A stretch of DNA of 64,000 bases. Origin: a plasmid. Position numbers and translations under genes: made by a program. Positions 32,115 to 42,062 of the stretch are shown one piece after another. Within the stretch, counting starts at the first letter, position 1; each line of letters begins with the position of its first letter. Location of the stretch: sequence record NZ_CP029448.1; one strand, written 5' to 3'. The notes below the pieces were generated by a model, which did not search any database, was not told the origin of the DNA, and saw nothing but the letters and a program-made list of their open reading frames with translations.

Positions 32115-32456
32115 ATGAAAATCAAAAACACCCTTTTTGTAATATTAATGTTATCCCTGCCAGCCATTTCTGCTGAACATTCTGAAATGAACATGTCAGA
32201 TATGACCTCATCAGCATCGTCACAGGAATACATGGCGGGGATGAAAGATATGCATGACAAAATGATGGCCGCCGTTAATGAGCCAGATCCCGACAAGGCC
32301 TTTGCAAAAGGCATGGTTGCACACCATGAAGGGGCAATAGCAATGGCTGAAACCGAGCTGAAGTATGGAAAAGATCCCGAAATGAGAAAACTCGCACAGG
32401 ACATTATTAAAGCTCAAAAAGGTGAAATTGAGCAGATGAATAAATGGCTTGACTGA
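32115..32456 (+). CDS. DUF305-family periplasmic protein
   Basis: signal peptide plus 'HHEGAIAMAE' DUF305 His motif; common terminal gene of sil islands. Confidence 0.65.
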   Translation: MKIKNTLFVILMLSLPAISAEHSEMNMSDMTSSASSQEYMAGMKDMHDKMMAAVNEPDPDKAFAKGMVAHHEGAIAMAETELKYGKDPEMRKLAQDIIKAQKGEIEQMNKWLD

Positions 32457-32510
32457 ATCGCCACGGGTTTAACAGACACCTCAGAGTCATTTAAGATGGC
32501 TTAAAGAGAG

Positions 32511-32795
32511 GTGCCCATGAGCGGTAAGCGTTATCCCGAAGAGTTTAAAACTGAAGCAGTTAAACAGGTTGTTGATCGCGGTTATTCTGTTGCCAGCGTT
32601 GCAACACGTCTCGATATCACCACCCACAGCCTTTATGCCTGGATAAAGAAGTACGGTCCGGATTCTTCCACTAATAAAGAACAGTCAGATGCTCAGGCCG
32701 AGATCCGCCGTCTCCAGAAAGAGCTGAAACGGGTTACCGACGAACGGGACATATTAAAAAAAGCTGCGGCGTACTTCGCAAAGCTGTCCGACTGA
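32511..32795 (+). CDS. IS3-family transposase OrfA (HTH, leucine zipper)
   Basis: 'EFKTEAVKQV...YAWIKKY' IS3 OrfA motifs. Confidence 0.8.
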   Translation: MPMSGKRYPEEFKTEAVKQVVDRGYSVASVATRLDITTHSLYAWIKKYGPDSSTNKEQSDAQAEIRRLQKELKRVTDERDILKKAAAYFAKLSD

Positions 32796-32851
32796 GGTAC
32801 GCCTTTATCCGTGACAACTCCTGTTGCTGGCCTGTTCGCCTGCTCTGTCGG

Positions 32852-33664
32852 GTGCTGGATGTTCATCCCAGTGGTTTTTACGCCTGGCTTCAGCAGCCGC
32901 ATTCACAACGCCATCAGGCAGACCTGAGACTGACAGGACAGATTAAACAGTTCTGGCTGGAATCGGGATGCGTCTATGGTTATCGCAAAATCCATCTGGA
33001 TCTGCGTGACAGCGGGCAACAGTGCGGAGTAAACAGAGTCTGGAGACTGATGAAACGTGTCGGAATAAAGGCTCAGGTCGGATACCGAAGCCCGCGGGCA
33101 CGTAAAGGCGAGGCCAGTATCGTGTCACCCAACAGGCTCCAGCGACAGTTCAATCCGGATGCTCCTGATGAGCGTTGGGTAACGGACATAACCTACATCA
33201 GGACCCACGAAGGCTGGCTGTATCTTGCCGTTGTTGTTGATCTGTTCTCACGCAAAATTATCGGCTGGTCCATGCAATCCCGGATGACAAAGGACATTAT
33301 CCTGAACGCACTGCTGATGGCTGTATGGCGGCGTAATCCCGAAAAACAGGTGCTGGTTCATTCGGATCAGGGCAGTCAGTACACAAGCCATGAGTGGCAG
33401 TCGTTCCTGAAATCACACGGCCTGGAGGGTAGCATGAGCCGTCGCGGTAACTGCCATGATAATGCGGTTGCAGAAAGTTTTTTCCAGTTGTTGAAACGTG
33501 AACGGATAAAGAAAAAGATCTACGGAACGCGGGAAGAAGCCCGCAGTGATATTTTTGATTACATCGAAATGTTTTATAACAGTAAGCGTCGGCATGGTTC
33601 TAGCGATCAGATGTCACCGACAGAATATGAAAACCAGTATTATCAACGGCTCGGAAGTGTCTAG
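32852..33664 (+). CDS. IS3-family transposase OrfB (DDE integrase core)
   Basis: 'WVTDITYI...SDQGSQYTS' rve core; would be fused to OrfA by -1 frameshifting. Confidence 0.8.
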   Translation: MLDVHPSGFYAWLQQPHSQRHQADLRLTGQIKQFWLESGCVYGYRKIHLDLRDSGQQCGVNRVWRLMKRVGIKAQVGYRSPRARKGEASIVSPNRLQRQFNPDAPDERWVTDITYIRTHEGWLYLAVVVDLFSRKIIGWSMQSRMTKDIILNALLMAVWRRNPEKQVLVHSDQGSQYTSHEWQSFLKSHGLEGSMSRRGNCHDNAVAESFFQLLKRERIKKKIYGTREEARSDIFDYIEMFYNSKRRHGSSDQMSPTEYENQYYQRLGSV

Positions 33665-33837
33665 ATTATCCGTGGCGATTCAGGTAAGTGACTAACTTTT
33701 GCTTTGATGAGGGAATCGAACATCATAAAAAGTAACTTTCTTCGCCTTCTGGTGAACCAATACCGATATTATTGCCTGAATGGTATAGTGTTACCTGTTG
33801 GGAGCAGTTCCCCCATTTTTCCAGGAAGAACATTACG

Positions 33838-34488
33838 ATGAATGTCATTCAGCCCCGCATGCTCTCTGTATTTGATTTTGACGGTACGTTAACGCGGCAT
33901 GACAGCTTTATCCCTTTTCTGCGGTTTGCCTTTGGCAATCGAGCTTTTTCCCGTCGTATCGTCACCATGGCTCTTCCCACGTTACGCTGTATGGGGAAGA
34001 AGATGACACGTGATGAACTGAAAGAAATTCTCATCACAACCTTCCTTACTGGGGTTGACGAGAAATGGCTATCCAAAAATGCTGAGAAATTTTGCCAGGT
34101 CTACTGGAGTCGGCTTATGCGTCCTGCAGGCCTGATGGCCGTGGCGAATGAAGTGACTTCCGGCGCGGAAGTGACATTATGTTCTGCTTCACCAGAAATG
34201 GTACTCAGGCCATTTGCCGACAGGCTGGGCATCAAAGTGATAGGCACGCAGCTTGAGGTCAAAGAAGGGATACTTACCGGGCGTATCAGTGGGCATAACT
34301 GCCGGTGTAGCCAGAAAATTATCCGGCTGGAAAAAGAGTATGGTCCTCTGAAAGATTATCATCTGCGGGCATGGGGAGACACACGAGGGGATTACGAACT
34401 CCTGTCAGCTGCAACTGATCCACACTGGCGGCACTTCCATTCAACCTGGCGTCGGGGAAAAGTACCTTTCGAACTGACTATCCGGTAA
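33838..34488 (+). CDS. HAD-IB family hydrolase (phosphoserine-phosphatase-like)
   Basis: 'FDFDGTLT' motif I near the N-terminus; ORF 33772.. with start at 33838. Confidence 0.65.
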   Translation: MNVIQPRMLSVFDFDGTLTRHDSFIPFLRFAFGNRAFSRRIVTMALPTLRCMGKKMTRDELKEILITTFLTGVDEKWLSKNAEKFCQVYWSRLMRPAGLMAVANEVTSGAEVTLCSASPEMVLRPFADRLGIKVIGTQLEVKEGILTGRISGHNCRCSQKIIRLEKEYGPLKDYHLRAWGDTRGDYELLSAATDPHWRHFHSTWRRGKVPFELTIR

Positions 34489-34515
34489 ATTATCGCCCCT
34501 TTCCGGGGCGAAGGC

Positions 34516-35757
34516 TCACAGAATACCCGCTATTTTTGCCTGCTCCAGCCAGTCTTTAAACTCTTCCAGCAGTTGCTCGTACAGTACCTCATCCTTCACC
34601 GTTGCGAAGTTATCGATGGCAAAGAAGTTGCTGTTATCGATTCGCCGATCGCTAAAGGTATCCAGTTTTTCGAGAATACCGTAATTCGAGCCTCCGAGGC
34701 CCACAAATTTCCAGAAAATGGGGTAGTTGGCCGAGCGGCGTATGGCTTCTTTGATTTCACGGGTTTTACTAATCCCACCATCCGTAATGCAGACAACATA
34801 GACCGGCAGTGTGCTGTCCTTGAAGAAGTCGATCACCTCATTCATAACCGGCGGCTCGTTGTTCGTCCCGCCCAGGCCCGGAAGAATTTCCCAGGCAGAG
34901 CGTTTACCCGTGTTCTGGATAGCAGCAATATATCCGTCAAGATTGTCCAGGGTGACGTCAGGGTATTTCTTGTGACGCTCAGCAAAGCCCCATACATCCA
35001 TCGTGCCGTCATCGTCGAACTGGACTGACAGGACAGCTATACGGTCGAGAACGGACTGCACATGTCCCTTTTTAAACTGGCCGGTCATAGAGCCTGAGGC
35101 ATCGAGAACAAAAGCCACTCGGGCTGCAACGGTATCCAGCTTATGCTTGGCAAGAGAAACACTGGCTTTTTTTGCCAGGCTGATAAGCGCGGGGGCTTTC
35201 CCTTCCAGCTTCTTCTCCAGACTGATACGGGAAGCCTGTGGCGGTGTATCAACTGGCTGTGCAACATCAACACCATAGCTGACAGCGAGCGGCTCCAGTC
35301 CGCCGTTAAACCCCTGCCCCTGTGCTCGGAGTTTCCAGCTGTCCTTGTGTCGATAAATCTCGCCCATAATCACCGCTTTCTCACTGCGGCCATTAAGATC
35401 GACATTAAATTCAGCTGTTCCGGTTGCCGTTAGCCTGAGTTGTGACAGTGCGCTGATCGTGTCATTTCCGTCAATCACAAGGGTTATCGCGATTTTCTGT
35501 ATGGTGACAGGAATACGGTCAAGTTCAATATGCACGTTCGCATGCTGGTGGCCGGGAGATAGTCTTACACCACCACCAGCTGCACTCAGATTGTTATAGA
35601 AGATAAAGTCAGCATCGCCGGTAACCTTACCCTCTGCATTCAGCATAAATATGCATATTTCAGGTTCACTACGAAAACCGGATGATGCCGGATAGTCAAG
35701 CCTGAGGTCCAGAGTCGATGTATGAAGCGGGATATTCTGTCCTGATTGTAATTGCAT
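34516..35757 (-). CDS. terF: tellurium resistance protein TerF (TerD-like domain plus vWA domain)
   Basis: N-terminal TerD-like fold, C-terminal vWA 'DASGSM' MIDAS motif; ORF to 35832, probable start 35757. Confidence 0.8.
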   Translation of the reverse strand: MQLQSGQNIPLHTSTLDLRLDYPASSGFRSEPEICIFMLNAEGKVTGDADFIFYNNLSAAGGGVRLSPGHQHANVHIELDRIPVTIQKIAITLVIDGNDTISALSQLRLTATGTAEFNVDLNGRSEKAVIMGEIYRHKDSWKLRAQGQGFNGGLEPLAVSYGVDVAQPVDTPPQASRISLEKKLEGKAPALISLAKKASVSLAKHKLDTVAARVAFVLDASGSMTGQFKKGHVQSVLDRIAVLSVQFDDDGTMDVWGFAERHKKYPDVTLDNLDGYIAAIQNTGKRSAWEILPGLGGTNNEPPVMNEVIDFFKDSTLPVYVVCITDGGISKTREIKEAIRRSANYPIFWKFVGLGGSNYGILEKLDTFSDRRIDNSNFFAIDNFATVKDEVLYEQLLEEFKDWLEQAKIAGIL

Positions 35758-35844
35758 CTTTTCTCTCTGTGATGATGAGCAATACAAGTGTGTAAGCAGA
35801 TACAAGAAACCCCGGGCAGGCCGGGGTTTCATATGCGCTATTTG

Positions 35845-36420
35845 TCAGATGTTGATGCCGTGCTGTTTAGCCAGCGCACCCAGACCGCCAGCAAACCCCT
35901 GACCAACGGCTTTGAATTTCCATTCAGTACCGTGGCGATAGAGTTCGCCGAAGATCATCGCGGTCTCTGTTGATGCGTCTTCAGACAGGTCAAAACGTGC
36001 AATCTCAGCGCCGTTATCGTTGTTCACAACACGCATGTAGCTGTTGCTGACCATACCGAAGTTCTGTTTACGGGCTTCAGCTTCATGAATAGTGACAGCA
36101 AACACCAGTTTTTTGACTTCAGCACCGACTTTAGCCAGTTCGATTTTGACCTGTTCATCATCGCCGTCGCCTTCGCCGGTACGGTTGTCACCCTGATGCT
36201 GGACCGCGCCGTCCGGGCTGGTGGTGTTGTTATAGAAAACGAAATGAGAGTCAGACAATACTTTACCATCGTCACCGACCAGAAAAACGGAGGCGTCAAG
36301 GTCAAACGCCTGACCATCGGTGACTCGTGCATCCCAGCCAAGGCCTACAAGCGCCACATTCATGGAAGGGGCTTCTTTGGTCAGAGAAACATTACCGCCT
36401 TTTACGAGAGAAACTGCCAT
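35845..36420 (-). CDS. terE: TerD-family protein TerE
   Basis: 191 aa, '[13 protein letters not shown]' Ca-binding TerD signature. Confidence 0.9.
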   Translation of the reverse strand: MAVSLVKGGNVSLTKEAPSMNVALVGLGWDARVTDGQAFDLDASVFLVGDDGKVLSDSHFVFYNNTTSPDGAVQHQGDNRTGEGDGDDEQVKIELAKVGAEVKKLVFAVTIHEAEARKQNFGMVSNSYMRVVNNDNGAEIARFDLSEDASTETAMIFGELYRHGTEWKFKAVGQGFAGGLGALAKQHGINI

Positions 36421-36500
36421 TTTATTGCTCCTGCTAATCGTTGTCGTCCGGGGTGGTTAATCACCCCGGAGTGAAAAAGAGTGTGAAAAGTTACTTTTTA

Positions 36501-37082
36501 TCAGGACGCGTTAATGCCGTACTGCGCACAAACGGAAGCCAGACCACCGGCATAACCCTGTCCGACCGCGCGGAATTTCCATTCCGCGTTGTGGCGATAC
36601 AGTTCGCCAAACAGCATGGCGGTTTCGGTAGAGGCATCTTCAGTCAGGTCATAGCGGGCGACTTCTGTCTGATTGTCATCATTCACCAGGCGGATGAATG
36701 CACCGGATACCTGACCGAAGCTTTGACGACGAGCCTGAGCATCGTGAATGGTCACGACGAAAATGATTTTGTCCACATCAGCCGGGACTGCATCCAGTTT
36801 GATTTTCAGGGACTCATCATCGCCATCGCCTTCACCGGTACGGTTGTCACCGGTGTGAGTGACTGAACCGTCGACAGATTTCAGGTTGTTATAGAAAATA
36901 AAATCGGCATCACCACGAACCTTACCATTTGCGGCCAGCAGGAAGGCGGAAGCGTCGAGGTCAAAGTCCTGACCATCGGTAGAACGGGCATCCCAGCCAA
37001 GACCGATCAGAACGTTTTTCATCGTCGGGGCTGCTTTGCTCAGAGAGACGTTGCCGCCTTTGGATAGTGAAACACTCATCAA
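36501..37082 (-). CDS. terD: TerD
   Basis: 193 aa TerD-family protein with the same signature. Confidence 0.9.
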   Translation of the reverse strand: MMSVSLSKGGNVSLSKAAPTMKNVLIGLGWDARSTDGQDFDLDASAFLLAANGKVRGDADFIFYNNLKSVDGSVTHTGDNRTGEGDGDDESLKIKLDAVPADVDKIIFVVTIHDAQARRQSFGQVSGAFIRLVNDDNQTEVARYDLTEDASTETAMLFGELYRHNAEWKFRAVGQGYAGGLASVCAQYGINAS

Positions 37083-37117
37083 TTTATCCTCTTTCGTTAA
37101 TCATTAATCAGCTGAAA

Positions 37118-38158
37118 TCAGCTCTCTTTGTTTTCTGCTTCCGGTTTTTCCGGGAAGATGACGCTGGCAAGAATCCCCAGTGCCAGCACACCTAATACAA
37201 CATACAAACTGGTGGTCGCGGACAGACTGTAGCCATGATGCCAGATATGATCTGAGGCATTGAGTCCCAGCTTAATCGCGATAAAGAACAGCAGGACGAT
37301 AACGGCCTTTTCCAGCTGAGACAGATACTGCTTCAGGGCTTCCAGGACAAAATACAGGGTACGAAGGCCAAGGATGGCAAACATCATCGCGCTGTAGACA
37401 ATCAGAGGTTCACGGCTGACCGCAATGATTGCCGGGACGGAGTCGAAGGCAAACATGACGTCAGAGAGTTCCACAACCGCCACGCACAGCATAAGCGGCG
37501 TCGCATATAAGGCCGCTTTTTTTACCCGACCCACAGTGACATCGTTGTTTTCGGGCTTAGACAGCTCTGCATCCACCTCTTTTTGCGTTAACAGGAACGC
37601 ATGCCCGGACAATTTCGGCCAGATGGGGAAGAAGCGTTTGACCAGACGATAGGCGAGGTGCTGGGAATAATCCTCAATTTCATCACCGTCATCACCACTT
37701 TTCAGCATCATAACGGCAGTCCAGGCGACAACCACAGCAAAGACCAGTTCTACGTAAGGTCCAAGGCTGAGGAGTCCGGTACCAATGGCAACGAAGATCC
37801 CCCTGAAGACAATCGCTCCAATGATCCCCCAGTACAGCACACGGTGACGATAACGGTCAGGCACTGAGAACCATGAGAAGATAGCCATCATGACGAAAAG
37901 GTTATCAACTGACAGCACTTTTTCCAGGGCATAACCTGTAACAAACAGGCTGGCAACTTCTGCACCGTGATGAACATAGAGGAAACCGGCAAATGCCATC
38001 GCAACGATAACCCAGAAAACGGACCATAAGGCCGCGCTCTTAAGGGAAATTGGCTTGTCATGCCGGTGCATGAACAGGTCAATAAAGATGGCACCGACTG
38101 ACAGCGCAATAAAAACAATCACTGTTTCAGTCGGGAAACCGATGTGTGTTGAAACCAT
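37118..38158 (-). CDS. terC: integral membrane protein TerC
   Basis: 346 aa, about 9 TM segments, TerC family. Confidence 0.9.
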   Translation of the reverse strand: MVSTHIGFPTETVIVFIALSVGAIFIDLFMHRHDKPISLKSAALWSVFWVIVAMAFAGFLYVHHGAEVASLFVTGYALEKVLSVDNLFVMMAIFSWFSVPDRYRHRVLYWGIIGAIVFRGIFVAIGTGLLSLGPYVELVFAVVVAWTAVMMLKSGDDGDEIEDYSQHLAYRLVKRFFPIWPKLSGHAFLLTQKEVDAELSKPENNDVTVGRVKKAALYATPLMLCVAVVELSDVMFAFDSVPAIIAVSREPLIVYSAMMFAILGLRTLYFVLEALKQYLSQLEKAVIVLLFFIAIKLGLNASDHIWHHGYSLSATTSLYVVLGVLALGILASVIFPEKPEAENKES

Positions 38159-38181
38159 AATGTACCCTTAACGGATGTTTA

Positions 38182-38637
38182 TCAGAGGCCGAATTCAGCC
38201 GGGTCGAAGCCAAGAGCACGTGCAATTTCGCGAACGGCATTTTGTTCATCTGCGTCAAAGTTACCGTCACTCTTGGCAACCGCAATCCCGACACGCAGAG
38301 CCAGTTGCGCCGCTTCTGGCTGGTCTTTCAGGGCGAGGATATACTTCATGGTCTCCCCTTTGCCGATTTCCAGATCAAAGTCGAAGCTGGTCACCAGTTT
38401 GTTGAAAAACTCGATAACCTCAGTCGTTTCGAAGACTTTCAGTTCTTCTGACGCCCGCAGAAATCCAATCATCTTCTGTTTTTCTTCTGCGCTGACGCCG
38501 TCGCTGGCAACCGCGATACGGGCGCATACAGCAACAGTACCCTGCATAAATTTCTTGTTTTTGTAACGGCCAACCTGGCGGGTCAGTTCCTCGCGCCCTG
38601 AGGTCAGCGCCCCTTTTACTTTGTCAAAAAAGCTCAT
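38182..38637 (-). CDS. terB: TerB
   Basis: 'MSFFDKVKGAL...' TerB N-terminus; ORF to 38697 gives N-extension overlapping terA. Confidence 0.8.
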   Translation of the reverse strand: MSFFDKVKGALTSGREELTRQVGRYKNKKFMQGTVAVCARIAVASDGVSAEEKQKMIGFLRASEELKVFETTEVIEFFNKLVTSFDFDLEIGKGETMKYILALKDQPEAAQLALRVGIAVAKSDGNFDADEQNAVREIARALGFDPAEFGL

Positions 38638-38659
38638 TTTCACATCCTCAATAGTTCGG

Positions 38660-39817
38660 TTATTTGGAACCTTTAGACCAGCGAAATCCCCAGCCAAATG
38701 CCTTATCCATCTCCTCCTGACCTCTGAAGAACTGGTTAATGCGTTCTACCCGGATGGACCCGTTGTCATTTACCAGACGGGCAATCGCACACAGCGTTCG
38801 TTTGTTATCACCTTCGGTCAGACGGGTTTCAATGGGGGGCTGGTCCGGTACATGGAGAGTCACAACACCGTCGGTTTTATCCCAGCTGGGGACACCCTGA
38901 TAAATGAAGGCATATATCAGTACCTGACTGATTTCCTTCCACTCCCGACCATTAATATGCATCCATTCGCCATCCGAGGCCTCCCCGGTACGATCATCGC
39001 CCTGCAGCTGAACAAAAGGTTCGTGATGATAGTTGCCAAAGGCATTGCCAAGAGCCTGGACCACGGATTTGTAACCGCCCTGAAGCTCCACGAACGCCCC
39101 CAAATCAAGATCGATCGCTTTGTTAGAGCCGAACATCCCACCGAGTAAACCACCGGAGTTGCTTCCGCGATGCCAGTTAAGGTTGATGCGGATCTCACCA
39201 AAGTTATCCTTCTTGGCAAGACTGATAGCCGGTTTTTCTTTGGTTAACGACACCTTACTCAGGCTCACTTTATTTGGAGCTGGGGGCGGTGTGGTCGGCG
39301 GTTGTGTGGACGGTGGAGGTTCATCAGAGACATTGACGCCAAAGTGTTCAGCCAGTGGCTTGAGCCCACCATTAAACCCCTGGGCAATAAACCGGAACTT
39401 CCATTCAGCGTTACGCCGATAGAATTCACCGAGGATAAGAGCAGCTTCCTGCCGTCCGGTCAGTTCGACCTGCCCGCTTATCAGTTGAGAAGCACCACTT
39501 TCAACCAGGATAGAAAGATTATTCAGAGCCGAGACGGTGTGGCTGCCGTCACAGGTCACCGTAAAAGCGACTTTCTGTACCTCTGATTTGAGGCGGCTAA
39601 GGTCAACGATAAAAGCGCTGTTATTTCCCTCGGCATGAAAACTGACAGAGTTATCGTCGTTGCGGGGCTGTCCGTAGAAGACCATATCGGTGTCTCCCTG
39701 CACTTTTCCATCGGCGAACAGACGGAAAGCTGAGGCATCGACAGAGCCACCGGAGAGGATCCGCACGCGGAGTTCCTGAGCGGGAACGGGGGCATTTCCC
39801 CCTGGAGTCAGGTTCAT
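38660..39817 (-). CDS. terA: TerA (tandem TerD-like domains)
   Basis: 385 aa with two TerD-like repeats and a Pro-rich linker. Confidence 0.9.
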   Translation of the reverse strand: MNLTPGGNAPVPAQELRVRILSGGSVDASAFRLFADGKVQGDTDMVFYGQPRNDDNSVSFHAEGNNSAFIVDLSRLKSEVQKVAFTVTCDGSHTVSALNNLSILVESGASQLISGQVELTGRQEAALILGEFYRRNAEWKFRFIAQGFNGGLKPLAEHFGVNVSDEPPPSTQPPTTPPPAPNKVSLSKVSLTKEKPAISLAKKDNFGEIRINLNWHRGSNSGGLLGGMFGSNKAIDLDLGAFVELQGGYKSVVQALGNAFGNYHHEPFVQLQGDDRTGEASDGEWMHINGREWKEISQVLIYAFIYQGVPSWDKTDGVVTLHVPDQPPIETRLTEGDNKRTLCAIARLVNDNGSIRVERINQFFRGQEEMDKAFGWGFRWSKGSK

Positions 39818-40404
39818 GAGCTAACAACCGTACTGACAATGTCCGCGTGCATATCATCAATTGTACGGCCAGTACTGGCTTTACCATGGGCAGTAAAGTC
39901 CCAGTTGCCGTTATTGCGTCGCAGTGAGGCGATAATGATCCCGGTATGTGAACCCTGTTCGGTGAGTTTGTATCGGGCCAGTTCTTTATTGGTCTGGTCT
40001 ACTACGCGGCAGAAGGCGTTATCCACATCGTTGAAGGTCTGTCCACGGAAACTGTTAACCGTAAAAGCCAGGTATTCAACTTTTGCAGGCAATTTGCTGA
40101 GATAGACGTTGATGACTTCATCGTCACCATCACCGTCACCCGTCAGGTTATCGCCGGTATGCACCACTGAGCCGCAGGTCGATTTCAGTTTACGAAACCA
40201 GATTGTGTCAATTTTATTACCGGCACTGTCCAACAGAACGCAACCAGCGTCCAGATCGATAGAATCATTGCCGCCAAATAGGCCCCCGAAAATCCCTTTC
40301 TTCTTTAGCGGATCCCATCCAAGACCAAACTGAAGTTGACTGAGAGCAGTAGAGTGTTTGCTGAGTGATACCGTCTGGTTTTTACTTAAAGAAACCATAT
40401 TCAT
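39814..40404 (-). CDS. terZ: TerZ (TerD family)
   Basis: 196 aa, 'GDNLTGDGDGDDE'; first gene of terZABCDEF. Confidence 0.9.
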   Translation of the reverse strand: MNMVSLSKNQTVSLSKHSTALSQLQFGLGWDPLKKKGIFGGLFGGNDSIDLDAGCVLLDSAGNKIDTIWFRKLKSTCGSVVHTGDNLTGDGDGDDEVINVYLSKLPAKVEYLAFTVNSFRGQTFNDVDNAFCRVVDQTNKELARYKLTEQGSHTGIIIASLRRNNGNWDFTAHGKASTGRTIDDMHADIVSTVVSS

Positions 40405-40574
40405 TCCTTAAAAGGTATTGACTGAGACAATGGGTATTTAATAGTTAATTTGGTACAATGAAAATCATATCATGACAAAGTTCTCTCGCAAGGTAAAAAA
40501 TGGTAGGTTTTCGATATTTACCTTTCATTACATTGCCATCAAGGCATTAAATGATGGGTAACATGTTGTATATA

Positions 40575-40860
40575 GGGGTCCGCTTGGAAAAGGGAAAATA
40601 ACCTACGCTAAGACTACTTTTTAACCAATCGGCTATTGGATATCACTCGGTTCGCGGGGCTACAGCGTTTCTGTGTCCGAAACCGAACGATTGCGTACAC
40701 CATGCCAATAACATGTACGAAAGTAAGCAAAACTGTTAACGGACAGTCAGATCGTTCCGTACATCCCTTACGGTCAGGGGTTCGCGCTCAATGGAACGAA
40801 ATCACTCGTTAAGCTCAAAACGCTTAACGTAGGAAAATTTCCGTTTTCCAAGCGGACCCC
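40575..40860. mobile_element. 286-bp Tn3-derived miniature inverted-repeat element (TIME-like MITE) in the terZ / ATP-grasp divergent promoter region
   Basis: 38-bp terminal inverted repeats GGGGTCCGCTTGGAAAAGGGAAAATAACCTACGCTAAG (40575-40612) and the reverse complement of 40823-40860 = GGGGTCCGCTTGGAAAACGGAAATTTTCCTACGTTAAG. Both have the Tn3-family GGGG...ACGYTAAG ends. Flanked by TA-rich TATAT/ATATA; no ORF inside. Confidence 0.6.
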
Positions 40861-41003
40861 TATATATTGAATTATATATAAGTTTGCGCCATTTCAAAAT
40901 CAGCCAGTGTTTATCATATTATGATTGACATGAAGCGGGTGGGTTCATAGACTCATTAATCAGAAATACACTCCCTTTCGTCTTCAGGAAAACTCAATAA
41001 AAG

Positions 41004-42062
41004 ATGAAAAAGAAAATTTGGTTTATGGAAGGTTTGTCATCCCAGCGAGACATTATTCTCGCTGTTAAATCTTTTGCAGAAAAAAATAAAACAGACATTC
41101 AGGTTATTTCTTCTCACCGTAATGAAAGAAATGAAATTCTCTCTGTTTCAGATCTCTCATTAATCGAACCTAAAAATGAAGATGACCGTCTTTCTTTCAT
41201 TCACTCCGTCACGATGAACCATGGCATTAATGCGATTCATACCGGGCGAAACTGTAAATGGTTTGAAAGTCAGCGAGATGCCATTCAATCCCCGTCCGTG
41301 AGTCTGACAACAGGCGCGACCGGGACTGAATGGTTCGAGCTCGCTGACGAAAAAGTTACTTTTTCGGAGTTCATGGCAAAAAAAGGTCTCCCGGTTGTAC
41401 CATCTGTTCGGGTCACCTCTCTCGACGAACTTCGCAATTTGCTGAGTCACTCGCCGTTTCCTTCTGATTGTCTCTGCATTAAGCCCGTGACCGGCATTTA
41501 TGGCATGGGATTCTGGCGTTTTGATGACAATGTTTCCCCTGTTGCATTTCTGAATAATCCCGACAGCCGTGTTATCCGCCCGTCACAGTATCTGTCTGCA
41601 CATGCCGAAATGGAGACCTTTACACCTCAGGTGCTGATGCCTTATTTATCCGGGCCAGAATATTCCGTGGATATGGTGGTCAGTCAAGGGACGGTCCTGG
41701 CCGCTATCGGGCGGCGTAAGGAAGGCGTGCTTCAGTATCTGGAGAATGAAGGGGAAGCGATTGAACTTGCCATCGACTGCGCCCGCTTAATGAACGCAGA
41801 CGGCCTGGTTAATGTTCAGACCCGCCATAATGCCGAAGGCAAACCACTGTTGCTGGAAATTAACATGCGACCATCAGGTGGTATCGGTTATACGCAGCAC
41901 AGTGGCGTGAATCTGCCGGGTCTGTATGCCTTCCATACACTGGGGTTGATGGATGAGGATCAGATCAGGCAGTCAGCGAAAACTGATTTTTCGCCTGCAG
42001 TCGTCCGCTCTGTCACCGACGTCATTCGCTACCCGGCATTATTGACCAACAGAATAGATTAA
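41004..42062 (+). CDS. ATP-grasp domain protein (ter-associated biosynthetic module)
   Basis: 352 aa; ATP-grasp fold motifs ('EYSVD', 'LLEINMRPSGG'). Confidence 0.75.
   Translation: MKKKIWFMEGLSSQRDIILAVKSFAEKNKTDIQVISSHRNERNEILSVSDLSLIEPKNEDDRLSFIHSVTMNHGINAIHTGRNCKWFESQRDAIQSPSVSLTTGATGTEWFELADEKVTFSEFMAKKGLPVVPSVRVTSLDELRNLLSHSPFPSDCLCIKPVTGIYGMGFWRFDDNVSPVAFLNNPDSRVIRPSQYLSAHAEMETFTPQVLMPYLSGPEYSVDMVVSQGTVLAAIGRRKEGVLQYLENEGEAIELAIDCARLMNADGLVNVQTRHNAEGKPLLLEINMRPSGGIGYTQHSGVNLPGLYAFHTLGLMDEDQIRQSAKTDFSPAVVRSVTDVIRYPALLTNRID

Larger units (their letters stand above)
32454..33682 (+). mobile_element. IS3-family insertion sequence (about 1229 bp)
   Basis: terminal inverted repeats TGAATCGCCACGG at 32454-32466 and its reverse complement at 33670-33682; orfA/orfB with -1 frameshift arrangement. 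Confidence 0.75.

Noticed and set aside
10694-32456. Calling the sil-pco block a Tn7-like CHASRI transposon
   Set aside because: No tnsABCD genes or Tn7 end repeats are present within the window; only gene content and order support the island identity
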